DNA of 64,000 bases from a virus. The notes beneath the pieces were generated by a model. That model was not told the origin of the DNA and ran no database searches. It worked only from the letters and a program-made list of their open reading frames with translations. The stretch spans positions 32,001 to 96,000 of the IMG/VR virus record IMGVR_UViG_3300011113_000491. One strand, written 5' to 3'. How positions within the stretch are numbered: the first letter of the stretch is position 1; the number at the start of each line of letters is the position of its first letter. Shown piece by piece: positions 8,701-18,119 of the stretch. Made by a program: the position numbers and the translations under genes.

Positions 8701-11492
8701 GGCCCAGTTATTGAGCAATTGTTTATAGCATCACAAGAAAGACCTCTAAACCAAGTGGTTCTATTTGGTTCTCCAAATATTTCTATTGCATAAGAGTAGC
8801 AGTCATCAAAGGTTGAATTGTCTGTACATGAACAATTATCGCCACTTAATTGATTCAAAATTCCACAGTCTTTACAACAAGCACCAGTTGTAGTTGTACT
8901 TCCAAAGCATATTGCATAATAATTAGCAATTTGTTCTGGTGTTGGATTAGATCCTAAAGATACTAGTGAATTTGAGGGAGCGGAAGAAGATTGTTCCAAT
9001 AATGGACAAACTTTACAAGTATCTCCCTGTGAACCTATTGAGGGATTGTCGTTGCATCCACAGAGTTCTAGTCCATTCCACAAAGTTGGTTCGTTGTTTG
9101 TATTACAGGGCGGAACTTCCTCTCCACCCCCGCCACCGCCACCACCTCCTGCTCCTCCACCACTACCACAAGGACCATTTCCAGCATCACTCCAAACATT
9201 ACCAACATTTTCACATGATTGTTCATACAATTCAGAAAGAGTAGAACATGGTGGATAATTAGGATTTGCATCGTAGCAACATGCATTGATGCACCCATTT
9301 TGACCTCCACTGCATGTTCCCATGAATGTATATTCTGGAGGACACGGTCCGCCGTCACCACCGGAACTACCAGCAAGCAACATAGATCTAAATGCCACTT
9401 CTGCTTGAGATCCTATTGGAGTTGTTTCGTTTTCAAGTGGTTCACAACAGTCTAAAATTCTGCTGTTAATCCAATTATCAGCTTCTGTAATATATGAATC
9501 AACTGCACTTAAGAAAGCATTTGCTTCAAGTATTTTACCGTCAATTTTTGAAATTTCTTTATCGTATTGATTTGTTCCTCTGGTCAAAACTCCAGAAACA
9601 TAGTCTGGAATTTCGTTTTTCATATTGTAAAATTGACCAATAGTAGAAGCATACCAATCGTTTGGAGTATAGTCGTTGGGAGAAACGCCCTCTGGAATTT
9701 GATAATTCAAATTATCTAAATTTACAGATAGTGTTAGGCCGTGTTGTATTTCTTCATCTTTAGAATCATAGTCTATTACATCAGTAAAGGATCCAGCTGC
9801 TACTATTTTATATTCTTGCTGAGAGTCAGAGAATATACCTTCCTTACCAAATAGGAATGCATATTCTACAGCAGTTTCTGCAAGATTTGCAATTAAGGCT
9901 AGAGGATTAAAAAATGTAAGAATGTCTTCTACATTACCAAATGTATTTTCTGCACAACAGACCACACATCTATAAACTTCCCATTGTCTCTTTAAATTCT
10001 TAAGTCTTACAAATTCTTTTCTTTTTTCCTTTAGAGGTATTCTGATTTTTTTGTAAATATTATATAGTGTTTTGATTTCTAATTCTGTACTGTCAAATTG
10101 GGGTTGCCATGTGTTGTTTGTCCATCGAGAATCTTTTTCTCTATCTAAGTAATCCCACCAAACCACTTCTTGATCTTGCTGAGTATCTTTTGATAATGGA
10201 GGATTACTTGCAAAAGGAGTATTATATGTTTTTGTTTCATAAAATCCATATATGTTATCTTTTAGTAAAGTAGCAGGCTTTGGTACTTTTTCTTGATTTA
10301 ACAATGAAACTTTAATGGGATCAGTATCAACAGTATCAGATATTAGTTTATATTCTTCGACATGTGATATATCGGAAAAATCACGGTGATAGTTGTAATC
10401 AACAACACTATATGTAAATCCTGATTTACTGCTTAAGAAGTCGGAATATACATTTGAATAATCTGGTTTTATTCTCACATAGTGAGACATGAATGCATTA
10501 TCTTGAAACAAAGATAATTGATCATTTTGTTTTATAACTCGAATAGAAATGATTCTCTTCTTATCGGCAAGGTCGTCGCTATTTAAATCTAATTCAATCT
10601 TTTCTGAACCATTTGATTTTAAAATACTCTCTAATGATTTAAAGTGCCACCCATCACGATCTTTCCAGAAGAAAAAGTTTGGTGCTCTTGTATTATCCTT
10701 TGGTAAAGCATAATTCGTTATGTATGTCATCAACTTAGGAACACTAATTTGACCTTGTGCAACACCGGATGGAAATGATATTTCTGAACTTTTTAACCAT
10801 ATCCCATTTTTAGTTCCTTCAATTTCAATCGGAGATAGATTTAATTTTTCTGCTATTACATTTACTAGTCCGGGAATTTCGTCTCTTTGCTCAAAGGCTA
10901 CATTTGCAGCGAAAGATGCAATTCCACCTCCACCTTGTTGTAATAATCCAATAGCAGAATCAAAAATGGATGTTTCTTTTGCAATGTAACCAACAAAATC
11001 TTCATCAAATTCTAATAAAGATTTATTGAAAACATTATTAAATATCTCTTCAGATATAAACTCTAGTCTATAGACTATGACCTTTTCTTCAGTTGTATCT
11101 TTTATAGAAGCATATGATGCAAAATTGTTTATTATTTTTTGTGAGCAAACAAAGAATTGTAGAGTTACAGTTTCTTCTGTATCATAGAATCCAAATTCTA
11201 TTGTTAATAATTCACTTCCGTTTAAATTTAGTTGACCTATCCAATTGTCTTTATCGATTACATCAATATGACCATACATGAATGGAGAAAATATATTTTC
11301 ATGTATTGATATGCTTAGTAGTTTACTTTCCCCACTCCCTACTGTATCTGGACTTACAATTTCAAAGGAATTATTAATAATCCAATTACTTTTATCCTCC
11401 ATATAGTTAAGAAGTTTATCAATCTTAACGGATACTAGGAACGAAGTTAAAGGTGATGGAGAACTATCTGCTTTTTGATTTATATCAGTCAT
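5760..11492 (-). CDS. Giant baseplate hub-like protein (gp27/late control D-like ends) with a Cys/Gly-rich insertion
   Basis: N-terminal IHENIFSPFMYGHIDVID and FFFWKDRDGWHFKSLESI, C-terminal VKVGDIIKI...HGRWLISEINMSF typical of hub proteins following gp53; 1910 aa. Confidence 0.65.
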   Translation of the reverse strand: MTDINQKADSSPSPLTSFLVSVKIDKLLNYMEDKSNWIINNSFEIVSPDTVGSGESKLLSISIHENIFSPFMYGHIDVIDKDNWIGQLNLNGSELLTIEFGFYDTEETVTLQFFVCSQKIINNFASYASIKDTTEEKVIVYRLEFISEEIFNNVFNKSLLEFDEDFVGYIAKETSIFDSAIGLLQQGGGGIASFAANVAFEQRDEIPGLVNVIAEKLNLSPIEIEGTKNGIWLKSSEISFPSGVAQGQISVPKLMTYITNYALPKDNTRAPNFFFWKDRDGWHFKSLESILKSNGSEKIELDLNSDDLADKKRIISIRVIKQNDQLSLFQDNAFMSHYVRIKPDYSNVYSDFLSSKSGFTYSVVDYNYHRDFSDISHVEEYKLISDTVDTDPIKVSLLNQEKVPKPATLLKDNIYGFYETKTYNTPFASNPPLSKDTQQDQEVVWWDYLDREKDSRWTNNTWQPQFDSTELEIKTLYNIYKKIRIPLKEKRKEFVRLKNLKRQWEVYRCVVCCAENTFGNVEDILTFFNPLALIANLAETAVEYAFLFGKEGIFSDSQQEYKIVAAGSFTDVIDYDSKDEEIQHGLTLSVNLDNLNYQIPEGVSPNDYTPNDWYASTIGQFYNMKNEIPDYVSGVLTRGTNQYDKEISKIDGKILEANAFLSAVDSYITEADNWINSRILDCCEPLENETTPIGSQAEVAFRSMLLAGSSGGDGGPCPPEYTFMGTCSGGQNGCINACCYDANPNYPPCSTLSELYEQSCENVGNVWSDAGNGPCGSGGGAGGGGGGGGGEEVPPCNTNNEPTLWNGLELCGCNDNPSIGSQGDTCKVCPLLEQSSSAPSNSLVSLGSNPTPEQIANYYAICFGSTTTTGACCKDCGILNQLSGDNCSCTDNSTFDDCYSYAIEIFGEPNRTTWFRGLSCDAINNCSITGPTGNYNLCQEGTTACLRQGCTDTLTGSVFNREPASCIGFNYVDGLGRVPLITLPQGKCIKCNNFSTSALDIEFDDSNCCNCTLEQATTYSPLPQWASLCSKNKFMKTLVQYIGTEGRWYNEYRFEPGGSSAFTDIDDYIGPNGDPETTRRCLENGDCYNTLCFNPLYLEVEKRRAIEELKILNAEKSLLIYARDIFASEFITKFNENYQEWWNRKAFFYSKIPGKNVFTDISTEIEGSIDGGRAQPITASKKSLFNIKSIKKKQIRGSRYELLAKNKGITGGEIGEWLYNFFWNNTTNETQGTNHPYYSQKYQTRFVSQRQLFKTYNYNEDVNKLNNFPFVSEFAPTCGENSNIELSGYLSIPHQQMIGSGFSSSFLEISNTQTDIPASVTSQSFQNTFNLFNINPQSIPPNLKKEQLSSYVRIEFTKPIGLDRIVDFPDGFIRDAGTEYFLPYLVSLTPGPTGRQTIRNNVAVIGMDPYGFDVAVKKSKVDDEETEKQYGWWDEYRNLNDTSLTNNGMELWPEVGFETTFPYYAADPKGWWWKSSWYHGDADVDLLQKGNNNYDWYTRSADVDPEYKESAHASGYLQYSHRKVKPHRSWWSFHIPKNIFIPQKLFHMLSTKFAEIDGESSGVLGDIFAHKYKDYYWWYGDEVDRWLRLTPAGKSFVESFGLKLLSVLSNTNNLPLANHAEVHSPNSLGALNAYFHKTTMHWMFGDFMLYRPSLIPEDVWKYDLTGETDYGLVSPKTMSPNHDVFDDNFSAQFVVFSRQIPNICGKLKCANPDGYISNDECGPENPYCNCPAQEHIPDEPEPSYLELFKKYLDIKECDLIESVLGEEYIGCLWSDPTNPCSCDCPNQGEKFKEYLEYSRTYATFWDTPDATPLIRKALISQIGAQQITISIPPTSVVKVGDIIKIKQLNPDPNMAVSEKNLHGRWLISEINMSFYKDSNCTQDLTLIRDTLPVSPDYTTTALEKLLSYLF

Positions 11493-11493
11493 T

Positions 11494-12402
11494 TTAAATA
11501 TTTATGTCTATTTGAACACTTCTTCCAATCGTGTCACTCTTTGCTGCTCTCTTATACAATTCAAATAATGTTGATATTATTTCTTGTCTAGGAACTTTTA
11601 TAGAATATTTTTCATACTCCAAATCATTTTCATATTGTCTTACAGTTTTTACTAACGCAGGTATTGTTTGATTGTTGATATACCGATAAAGTAACGTATA
11701 CCGTATAGTGCTAGTATCTTCATAATCACCAGTGTCTTCTATGCTGGTAGAAGTTGAATCTGCGGTGACACTCGTTAATACACCAGATGCATTTACAATT
11801 CTATATGGACTAATAATTTCAGATCCTTGATAAAAGTATTTAACTACGTCAAGGTTTTGTGTTACTTTATTTTTTAATGTTATTAAATTAGAAACTTGCT
11901 CAAAACTGTCTCCAATATTTCTTACAAATATTACTGTGTCGTTAGAAGAAAATGTCCCTTGTCCACCAAAAACTACTATATTTCTTACAGTAGAATCCCA
12001 TTTAGTCACTGTAGCATATTTTGATTGATCTATAGTAGAACCGTTAGACGCAACCATAATATCACCGGGTCTCAGATCTGGTAAATCGTAAGTAAAAAAG
12101 GAAGAACCCTTGTACTTATTTTCAAGATATGTATTAAAGGTGGTATAATCCATAGGCCAATCCGTGTGAGGATTGACTATTTGATTCGACAAAAATAAAA
12201 ACCAAGAATAATTAGGATTGAAATAATACTTGTATGCTACTCTCTCAGGAGAGGACCCATCAGTTATAAGATAATTGTCAAATAGTCTTTCATCTAATAA
12301 AGTCTTTTGTGTTATGGAAACTCTTCTAAAGATATCACTTAATTGAATTGTTTTTCCGTTTTGGAATGTATAATTTATTTTAGGAAAAGTTCTAAAAAAC
12401 AC
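11494..12402 (-). CDS. gp53: Baseplate wedge protein gp53
   Basis: MFFRTFPKINY, DIFRRV, Y.I.DG..PE.VAYKYY, W......N.I.NP..DWP motifs. Confidence 0.9.
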   Translation of the reverse strand: MFFRTFPKINYTFQNGKTIQLSDIFRRVSITQKTLLDERLFDNYLITDGSSPERVAYKYYFNPNYSWFLFLSNQIVNPHTDWPMDYTTFNTYLENKYKGSSFFTYDLPDLRPGDIMVASNGSTIDQSKYATVTKWDSTVRNIVVFGGQGTFSSNDTVIFVRNIGDSFEQVSNLITLKNKVTQNLDVVKYFYQGSEIISPYRIVNASGVLTSVTADSTSTSIEDTGDYEDTSTIRYTLLYRYINNQTIPALVKTVRQYENDLEYEKYSIKVPRQEIISTLFELYKRAAKSDTIGRSVQIDINI

Positions 12403-12403
12403 G

Positions 12404-13303
12404 TTATCCCCCTATTATACTACCGGCTGCTCTGGCTGCTCCAGCACCAATTCCACCTAAAGAGTAAAATGATGTAGATCTGCTAACTATTGTTGTGCTA
12501 AAGGCTGCAGATAAAACTGGTTCTAATTCTACAAAGGATAGACTTATTGATTGTGCAAGTGGCTTTAGTCTTCCACCATCTGAAACTGCAAACATATTTT
12601 TGAACCCTGCTTTATTTACCGTGCAGTTATTCAATAAAGAAAACTGAGGTTGTCCGCACCAATCGCTGTCAAAATTTGGATTGTTTCCTGGACCTATTCC
12701 AAAATACCATAAAGATGGATGTCTTACTATTTTACTAAAGACACCGGGGACTGCTGTTGGTAATTGAAAAGCTTGAAAGAATTCAGAAATCTGAGAAGCT
12801 ACTGCTGCATCTTGTTCTGTGATTGATGCTAGTAGTATCTTGAACTGATACATTCGTTTGTTCATTCCTTGAAATGTCGTATCACTCATGTCCATGTTGA
12901 CCAGATTACCAAGTCCAAATGGTCCATTATTAAACTTCATAGCAATACCTTCAATCATGTCCAATAGTCCATCTTCGTTTGCATCCATTCTTGCACCGAA
13001 TAAATTTCCAACCGAAGATGCCATGTTTGACAGTGTTTGTCTGGGATCTGCTTTTGTCTTTGTCTTAGGTGAGTTTATTGCAGTAGCATATGAAGCATTC
13101 GCATAAGTAGAAAACTCAGTAGGAGCTGGAATCATCACAGAACCAAGCATTGGTAATCCTGCGGGTGGTATACCAGACGAAGCAAGAGCGTTAGATCTAT
13201 ACAAACTGTTAGAGGAATACTCGTAGCAAAAGAATTTTAACCAAAGTGGAACCTTTTGTTGAAGTTCTGGAGTAGCGGGATAAATGTAATTAAATATAGG
13301 CAT
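12404..13303 (-). CDS. gp48: Baseplate tail-tube cap gp48-like
   Basis: FQGMNKRMYQFKI and ISLSFVELEP motifs; divergent from gp4 as in T4-like cyanophages. Confidence 0.65.
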   Translation of the reverse strand: MPIFNYIYPATPELQQKVPLWLKFFCYEYSSNSLYRSNALASSGIPPAGLPMLGSVMIPAPTEFSTYANASYATAINSPKTKTKADPRQTLSNMASSVGNLFGARMDANEDGLLDMIEGIAMKFNNGPFGLGNLVNMDMSDTTFQGMNKRMYQFKILLASITEQDAAVASQISEFFQAFQLPTAVPGVFSKIVRHPSLWYFGIGPGNNPNFDSDWCGQPQFSLLNNCTVNKAGFKNMFAVSDGGRLKPLAQSISLSFVELEPVLSAAFSTTIVSRSTSFYSLGGIGAGAARAAGSIIGG

Positions 13304-13329
13304 TACTTTGGTTTTTCCTTATAGATATT

Positions 13330-13764
13330 ATGATGCCATACAAAACAAAATACATTCCAGAGAATCCCACAAAATATATAGGTGACTCAAAATCTATTTT
13401 GTGTAGATCTCTTTGGGAAAGAAAATTTTGCAAGTATTTAGACAACAACAAAAATGTTGTAAGATGGGCATTCGAGGCGGTAAAAATACCTTACCTGTCA
13501 CCAGTAGATAACAAGATACACAATTACATACCAGACTTCATAGTAGAAACTAAGGATAAGGACGGTAACGTAAACACCACACTGGTAGAAATAAAACCAA
13601 AAAAACAAACAACCAGCCCCGAAAAAGGTAAAAAGAAAAAAAGAACACTGATAAACGAAAGCATCACCTTTGCAATAAATACTGCAAAATGGAATTCTGC
13701 AAAAGAATTTTGCAACAAACATAATATACAGTTCAAAATTCTAACCGAGGAGGAATTGTTTTGA
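13330..13764 (+). CDS. gp4: Head completion nuclease gp4 (TnsA-like); true start possibly 13333
   Basis: P.NP.KY.GD, RSLWERKF, IPY.SP.D...H.Y.PDF, EIKP..QT, N.AKW..A motifs. Confidence 0.95.
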   Translation: MMPYKTKYIPENPTKYIGDSKSILCRSLWERKFCKYLDNNKNVVRWAFEAVKIPYLSPVDNKIHNYIPDFIVETKDKDGNVNTTLVEIKPKKQTTSPEKGKKKKRTLINESITFAINTAKWNSAKEFCNKHNIQFKILTEEELF

Positions 13765-14426
13765 GTTACGATAGAACCGGAAGATCCATATCAAAAATGA
13801 GAGAAGCAATGCTAGTAGCAGGTGGCATTCAGAGCCCTGCTAGATATGAAGCATTGTTCACCGCGCCTGGTTTGCCATCGTTTACTTGTTATCCTGAAAA
13901 TATAACTTTACCTCCTAGATCATTTCAAACAACCCCATTTACAAACTGGGGACCCGATTATAATATACCAACCAAAAGAGAGTATGGAGAATGTGCAATG
14001 TCCTTCATATTACTTCAAGATTGGTTCGAAAGAAGATATTTTGAGTCTTGGATGAACAAGGTAATACCAACGAGTGCTGCACAAGAACCACCACAAGCAG
14101 GTTTAGGATTTGTGCAGAGCACACTTAATACTTTGATTCCAGGCGCATCTACCGTTTATAGTGGTTTATCTGATAGAGTTGCTTTGACTGAAAATTATTC
14201 AGACTATACAACTGGTTACAATAACTTTGGTGGAATTATTCAAGTTAATTGTTTACGGACTGACGGTAACGGCAGAGGGGGAAACTCATCTTCAAGAATA
14301 ACCGCAAGTATACTTATGAAAGATGCATATCCCTTATCAATAACCCCAACAACTTTAAGTGCAGAAGCATCTGGTTACGGAACATGTGTAGTAGTATTTA
14401 CCTTTAGAGAATATGTTTTCTATTAA
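13761..14426 (+). CDS. gp54: Baseplate tail-tube initiator gp54-like
   Basis: TLPPRS, FESWMNKV, AYPLSI...L, VVFTFREY tail-tube fold pattern; synteny gp4-gp54-gp26; TTG start. Confidence 0.7.
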   Translation: MSYDRTGRSISKMREAMLVAGGIQSPARYEALFTAPGLPSFTCYPENITLPPRSFQTTPFTNWGPDYNIPTKREYGECAMSFILLQDWFERRYFESWMNKVIPTSAAQEPPQAGLGFVQSTLNTLIPGASTVYSGLSDRVALTENYSDYTTGYNNFGGIIQVNCLRTDGNGRGGNSSSRITASILMKDAYPLSITPTTLSAEASGYGTCVVVFTFREYVFY

Positions 14427-14436
14427 TGGAGTTTAA

Positions 14437-15168
14437 ATGAATCTTTCTGAAATTATAAAATCAACATCACCAAAGTTTAGCGATATTGTTCCTTCTACAA
14501 ATAAAAAAATATGGTTTAGACCATTTTTAGTTAAAGAGGAAAAATTATTATTAATTGCACAGGAAATGGGATCAGAGCAAGAAATATTGAAATGTATATC
14601 ACAAGTAATACAGTCATGTTTTGATGATATAGGAGATGTTTCTAAAATTCCACTATTTGATCTTGAATATCTTTTTATAAAACTAAGATGTAAATCAGTT
14701 CAAGAACTAGCCAGTCCAATCTTAATTTGTCCAGTTACTGGTGAAGAAGTAACATTAAAACTTAATTTAGAAGAAATAGAAGTTATTAAAGATCCAAAAC
14801 ATTCTAAAACTTTAAAAATCTCTGATAATTTAATAATCGGTATGAAATACCCATCTATATCTTTATTCTTAAATTCCAATATAGATTCAATGGAACTTTC
14901 AGATTTTTATGATTTGGCTGTTAATTGTGTTGAGTATGTGGAAACTAGAGATGAAAAAATATTAGCAGATAGTGTGAGTAAAGAAGAAATTAAAGATTTT
15001 ATCGATAATATGACAAAGCAACAATTTGATATGATTATTAATTTTTTCAGCACCATGCCAAGAATAGAAAAAACAGTAAAATATATAACTTCTGATAAAG
15101 AAATAAGATCTATAACTTTAAGGGGAATTAAAGATTTTTTCGGGTTGGCCTCAGTCACACAAACTTAA
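14437..15168 (+). CDS. gp26: Baseplate hub assembly protein gp26
   Basis: PST.K.I.FRPFLVKEEKLLLIA, FDLEYLFIKLR.KSV, FF.TMP, G..DFF motifs. Confidence 0.92.
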   Translation: MNLSEIIKSTSPKFSDIVPSTNKKIWFRPFLVKEEKLLLIAQEMGSEQEILKCISQVIQSCFDDIGDVSKIPLFDLEYLFIKLRCKSVQELASPILICPVTGEEVTLKLNLEEIEVIKDPKHSKTLKISDNLIIGMKYPSISLFLNSNIDSMELSDFYDLAVNCVEYVETRDEKILADSVSKEEIKDFIDNMTKQQFDMIINFFSTMPRIEKTVKYITSDKEIRSITLRGIKDFFGLASVTQT

Positions 15169-15359
15169 ATAGTGTTTTTGATATAATTTTTAAGTTATCA
15201 TATCATTACAAATATAGTATAACTGAATTAGAATCATTAATACCTTGGGAAAGAGACATTTATGTTGAGTTACTGAGGCGATTAGTAGAAGAGGAAAATA
15301 ATAGATTAAAGAACGAACAAAATATGCACGCAGCACTAAGATCTAGGAGACATAGATGA
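15138..15359 (+). CDS. gp51: gp51-like hub assembly catalyst; no start codon, probably reached by -1 frameshift from gp26
   Basis: Manual translation FRVGLSHTNL...YHYKYSITELESLIPWERDIYVELL...* carries the gp51 PWER.IY motif; no in-frame ATG/GTG/TTG before it. Confidence 0.8.
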   Translation, partial: FRVGLSHTNLNSVFDIIFKLSYHYKYSITELESLIPWERDIYVELLRRLVEEENNRLKNEQNMHAALRSRRHR

Positions 15360-17137
15360 ATGAAGAAAAAAACATAGAAGAACTTAAAAATCAACTATTA
15401 AATATTTTTTCTAGTTCTGTACAAATTATACCAAAACCCCAAATAGAATCAAAATCTTTGGGCGTAGAAACTCCTCTTCCAGATTTCAATTCAAATCAAA
15501 GAACAGAAACATCAAAAGATGCTCCGATTAATATCAATGTTAATGTAAATGGATCCGAAAAGGAAACCAAAGAATATAAAAAGCAAGTAAAATTTGATCC
15601 ATCTAGTAGAACATATAACATAGAGCTAAAAAAAAATCATAAACCATTAGATTTAATACTAAACTCTAATACTGAATTGCTTAATAAAATAAGTCCAATA
15701 TCAGTAACTAGTATATTTAATTCCAATAGCAATTACTTTAAATCTAGTAATTCTTTAACAAAAACAAGTAATTTTAAAAAAAATAATAAAACAAAAGTCA
15801 AAAACACAGCTTATATGTCATTCTTAAAAAATGAACCATATAATTTTATGACTGGTATTGGTAATTACTTTGTAACAAATATAAACAAAGATGTAAAATA
15901 TAAAAATAAAAGATTAGAACCAAATATCAGCAATCTTAGTAAAAATGGTTTAACTAATAATTCTTCTACAATACAATTTAATACGACATCAAACACATTT
16001 AATCCTGTGTCAAATGTTAACAACACTTCAAACACATTTAACGCCGCGTCAAATGTTAACAACACTTCAAACACATTTAATCCTGTGTCAAATGTTAACA
16101 ACACTTCAAACACATTTAATCCTGTGTCAAATGTTAACAACACTTCAAACACATTTAACGCCGCGTCAAATGTTAACACAACCGATTTATCACCAATTAA
16201 TATAGAAAATATAGCAAATTCAAAAGATATAAGTCTAACTAATAACAATTTAAATCAAGTAAATAAAATAATTAGAAATGAAGATGGTTCTTTGAGTGTT
16301 ATAAAAACACAAAATGATCAAAAAATGTACAGCAAAACCGTTCAGTTAAATTCAAACACAAATGAATTAAATATCAAGACTGATAACTCATCTTTTAGTT
16401 CATCTAAACATAACGAAATTTATCAAAATAGTAATAATGTAAATAACATTACTAGGTCGTCTACAAACTATAATGATATTTCAAACAATAATGTTAATAA
16501 TATTGTAGAACACAATAAACAACAACTAGACTCTAGAAATGTTAAATTTTTAACAACAGAAAAGTACATTACAATAAATCCACAACTGGGTGAAACATTT
16601 AATACGGTAAATAAATTATCATTTCATGATATAAAATCTAGAACTATTAATAGAATGCAGGCAAGAACGATAGTATCTAATAAAGAAAATAAATTAATAG
16701 TTCCTGCTTTCGCGGGTGGTGGTATTGTCGATAGTCAAAAGATATATGTTGCCCGAGAAGCCGGAGCAGAAGCTATAATACCATCAAAATTTCCAAACGA
16801 AACAAAAAGCATAGTTTCACAGGTAAACCAAGCAGGAAATAATATAACAAAATTAGAACCAAAAATTTCAAATGAAGCTTCAAAAACAATAGAACAAAAT
16901 TTACAGATGAAAGAACAAATTCAATCTGAAAAATCAATACAAGATATGGAAAAAATACAAGATAATGAAAACATGAATTCTATAAGGAACCAAAATTATA
17001 TAACAGAAGATGTTTCAAAGGGAGAACTACCCACCAAACCGCAAGCCGATATAAACTTAGATCAAGGTGGATCTACTGTCGAAAAATTTAGAAGAATGAT
17101 TTCTATGGTTCCAGATTGGAGAATTAAGTATATTTAA
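15356..17137 (+). CDS. Asn-rich low-complexity protein at the gp29 (tape measure/hub) position
   Basis: Follows gp51; 13-aa repeats; PAFAGGGIV...GAEAIIP motif seen in tape-measure C-termini. Confidence 0.5.
   Translation: MNEEKNIEELKNQLLNIFSSSVQIIPKPQIESKSLGVETPLPDFNSNQRTETSKDAPININVNVNGSEKETKEYKKQVKFDPSSRTYNIELKKNHKPLDLILNSNTELLNKISPISVTSIFNSNSNYFKSSNSLTKTSNFKKNNKTKVKNTAYMSFLKNEPYNFMTGIGNYFVTNINKDVKYKNKRLEPNISNLSKNGLTNNSSTIQFNTTSNTFNPVSNVNNTSNTFNAASNVNNTSNTFNPVSNVNNTSNTFNPVSNVNNTSNTFNAASNVNTTDLSPINIENIANSKDISLTNNNLNQVNKIIRNEDGSLSVIKTQNDQKMYSKTVQLNSNTNELNIKTDNSSFSSSKHNEIYQNSNNVNNITRSSTNYNDISNNNVNNIVEHNKQQLDSRNVKFLTTEKYITINPQLGETFNTVNKLSFHDIKSRTINRMQARTIVSNKENKLIVPAFAGGGIVDSQKIYVAREAGAEAIIPSKFPNETKSIVSQVNQAGNNITKLEPKISNEASKTIEQNLQMKEQIQSEKSIQDMEKIQDNENMNSIRNQNYITEDVSKGELPTKPQADINLDQGGSTVEKFRRMISMVPDWRIKYI
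15989..16178 (+). repeat. About 5 tandem 39-bp coding repeats (SNTFNPVSNVNNT / SNTFNAASNVNNT), order A-B-A-A-B
   Basis: Unit tcaaacacatttaa(tcctgtg/cgccgcg)tcaaatgttaacaacact read directly. Confidence 0.95.
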
Positions 17138-17180
17138 AAAGAAACACCCCCGTAATCCAGCTGCAGCTGGCGGGGGTGTC
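17137..17180 (-). terminator. Terminator downstream of gp32 (possibly bidirectional)
   Basis: ACACCCCCG/CGGGGGTGT stem enclosing the palindrome CCAGCTGCAGCTGG; U-rich tail on the minus strand; lies between convergent genes. Confidence 0.75.
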
Positions 17181-17207
17181 GGACGAGAGATTCTATCTCC
17201 CGTGGGG

Positions 17208-18119
17208 TTAGTCGTCGGCTAGCTTCTTGAAGTATTCAAGAGCGTCCGTGGAATCATCTACCTCATCTTCAACGGGAGCCTTCTTGGTCTTAGAAGTGCC
17301 ACCCCACTGCTTTTCGGCGAGTTCTTCCTCATCAACATCCTCCGCAGTACGCTGACCCATAGGCGCCTTACCACGGATGTCACCCTTTAGAACGCTCTCA
17401 AGCTTCGTCTTCAGTTCCTCATAGGTCTTGAAGTTAGAAGGAGCAATAAGTTCCTTCAGTGAGTGCTGAGAACGCCATACCTTCTCCAACTGTGCATCGT
17501 CACCACCGAGAAGTGGGGAGGATGAATCAAACTCAGACTTGTCATAGTTGACATAACCGCCAACATTACGAACCTTGAGTTTGAAGTTTGCTCCAGTCCA
17601 GAAGTTGAACGGATCAATTGGTTCTTCGTCATTGAATTCAGGCTGCATTGCCTCCTGAACCTTCTCAAAGATCTTTTGACCGTACTTGAACAGGAACACC
17701 TTTCCCTCGTTCTGAGGATTAGCAGGATCGCTAACCACCAGAATATTGGAGATGTAGTTTAGCTTTCGCTTACGCTGCCGTGCAAGATCCTTGTCGCTGT
17801 CTAGACCACTCTTCCAGAGTAGACTGTTCATTTCTGAAACCGGATCCTGCTTTCCAAGAGTGGTCAGTGAGTTTTCGATGTACCAACCACCTGGACCTTG
17901 GAATGCGTGGGAGTAGAGCTTGACCCACGGAACATCCTCACCATCAATAGTGGGGAGGAATCGGATAACAGCAAAACCGTTCTTTGCCTTATCCAGAGTA
18001 GGACGCCAGAAACGCTCGTCCTTGTAATCCTTCTTGCCGCCTTCTTCTTCTGCAAACTTCTTGACTAGAACATCGATGCTAGTCTTTGACTTCTTCTTAA
18101 AATCGCTAAATGAACTCAT
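17208..18119 (-). CDS. gp32: Single-stranded DNA-binding protein gp32
   Basis: DERFW.PTLDKA.NG.AVIRFLP, GGWYIENSLTT, NEGKVFLFKYG, NYDKSEF, acidic tail ending YFKKLADD. Confidence 0.98.
   Translation of the reverse strand: MSSFSDFKKKSKTSIDVLVKKFAEEEGGKKDYKDERFWRPTLDKAKNGFAVIRFLPTIDGEDVPWVKLYSHAFQGPGGWYIENSLTTLGKQDPVSEMNSLLWKSGLDSDKDLARQRKRKLNYISNILVVSDPANPQNEGKVFLFKYGQKIFEKVQEAMQPEFNDEEPIDPFNFWTGANFKLKVRNVGGYVNYDKSEFDSSSPLLGGDDAQLEKVWRSQHSLKELIAPSNFKTYEELKTKLESVLKGDIRGKAPMGQRTAEDVDEEELAEKQWGGTSKTKKAPVEDEVDDSTDALEYFKKLADD

Noticed and set aside
9120-9170. C-rich microsatellite / poly-Pro ORF on the + strand
   Set aside because: It is the poly-Gly linker of the minus-strand hub protein
15989-16178. 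Possible CRISPR array
   Set aside because: Units abut with no unique spacers, are 39 bp (in frame) and lie inside a CDS; no cas genes seen
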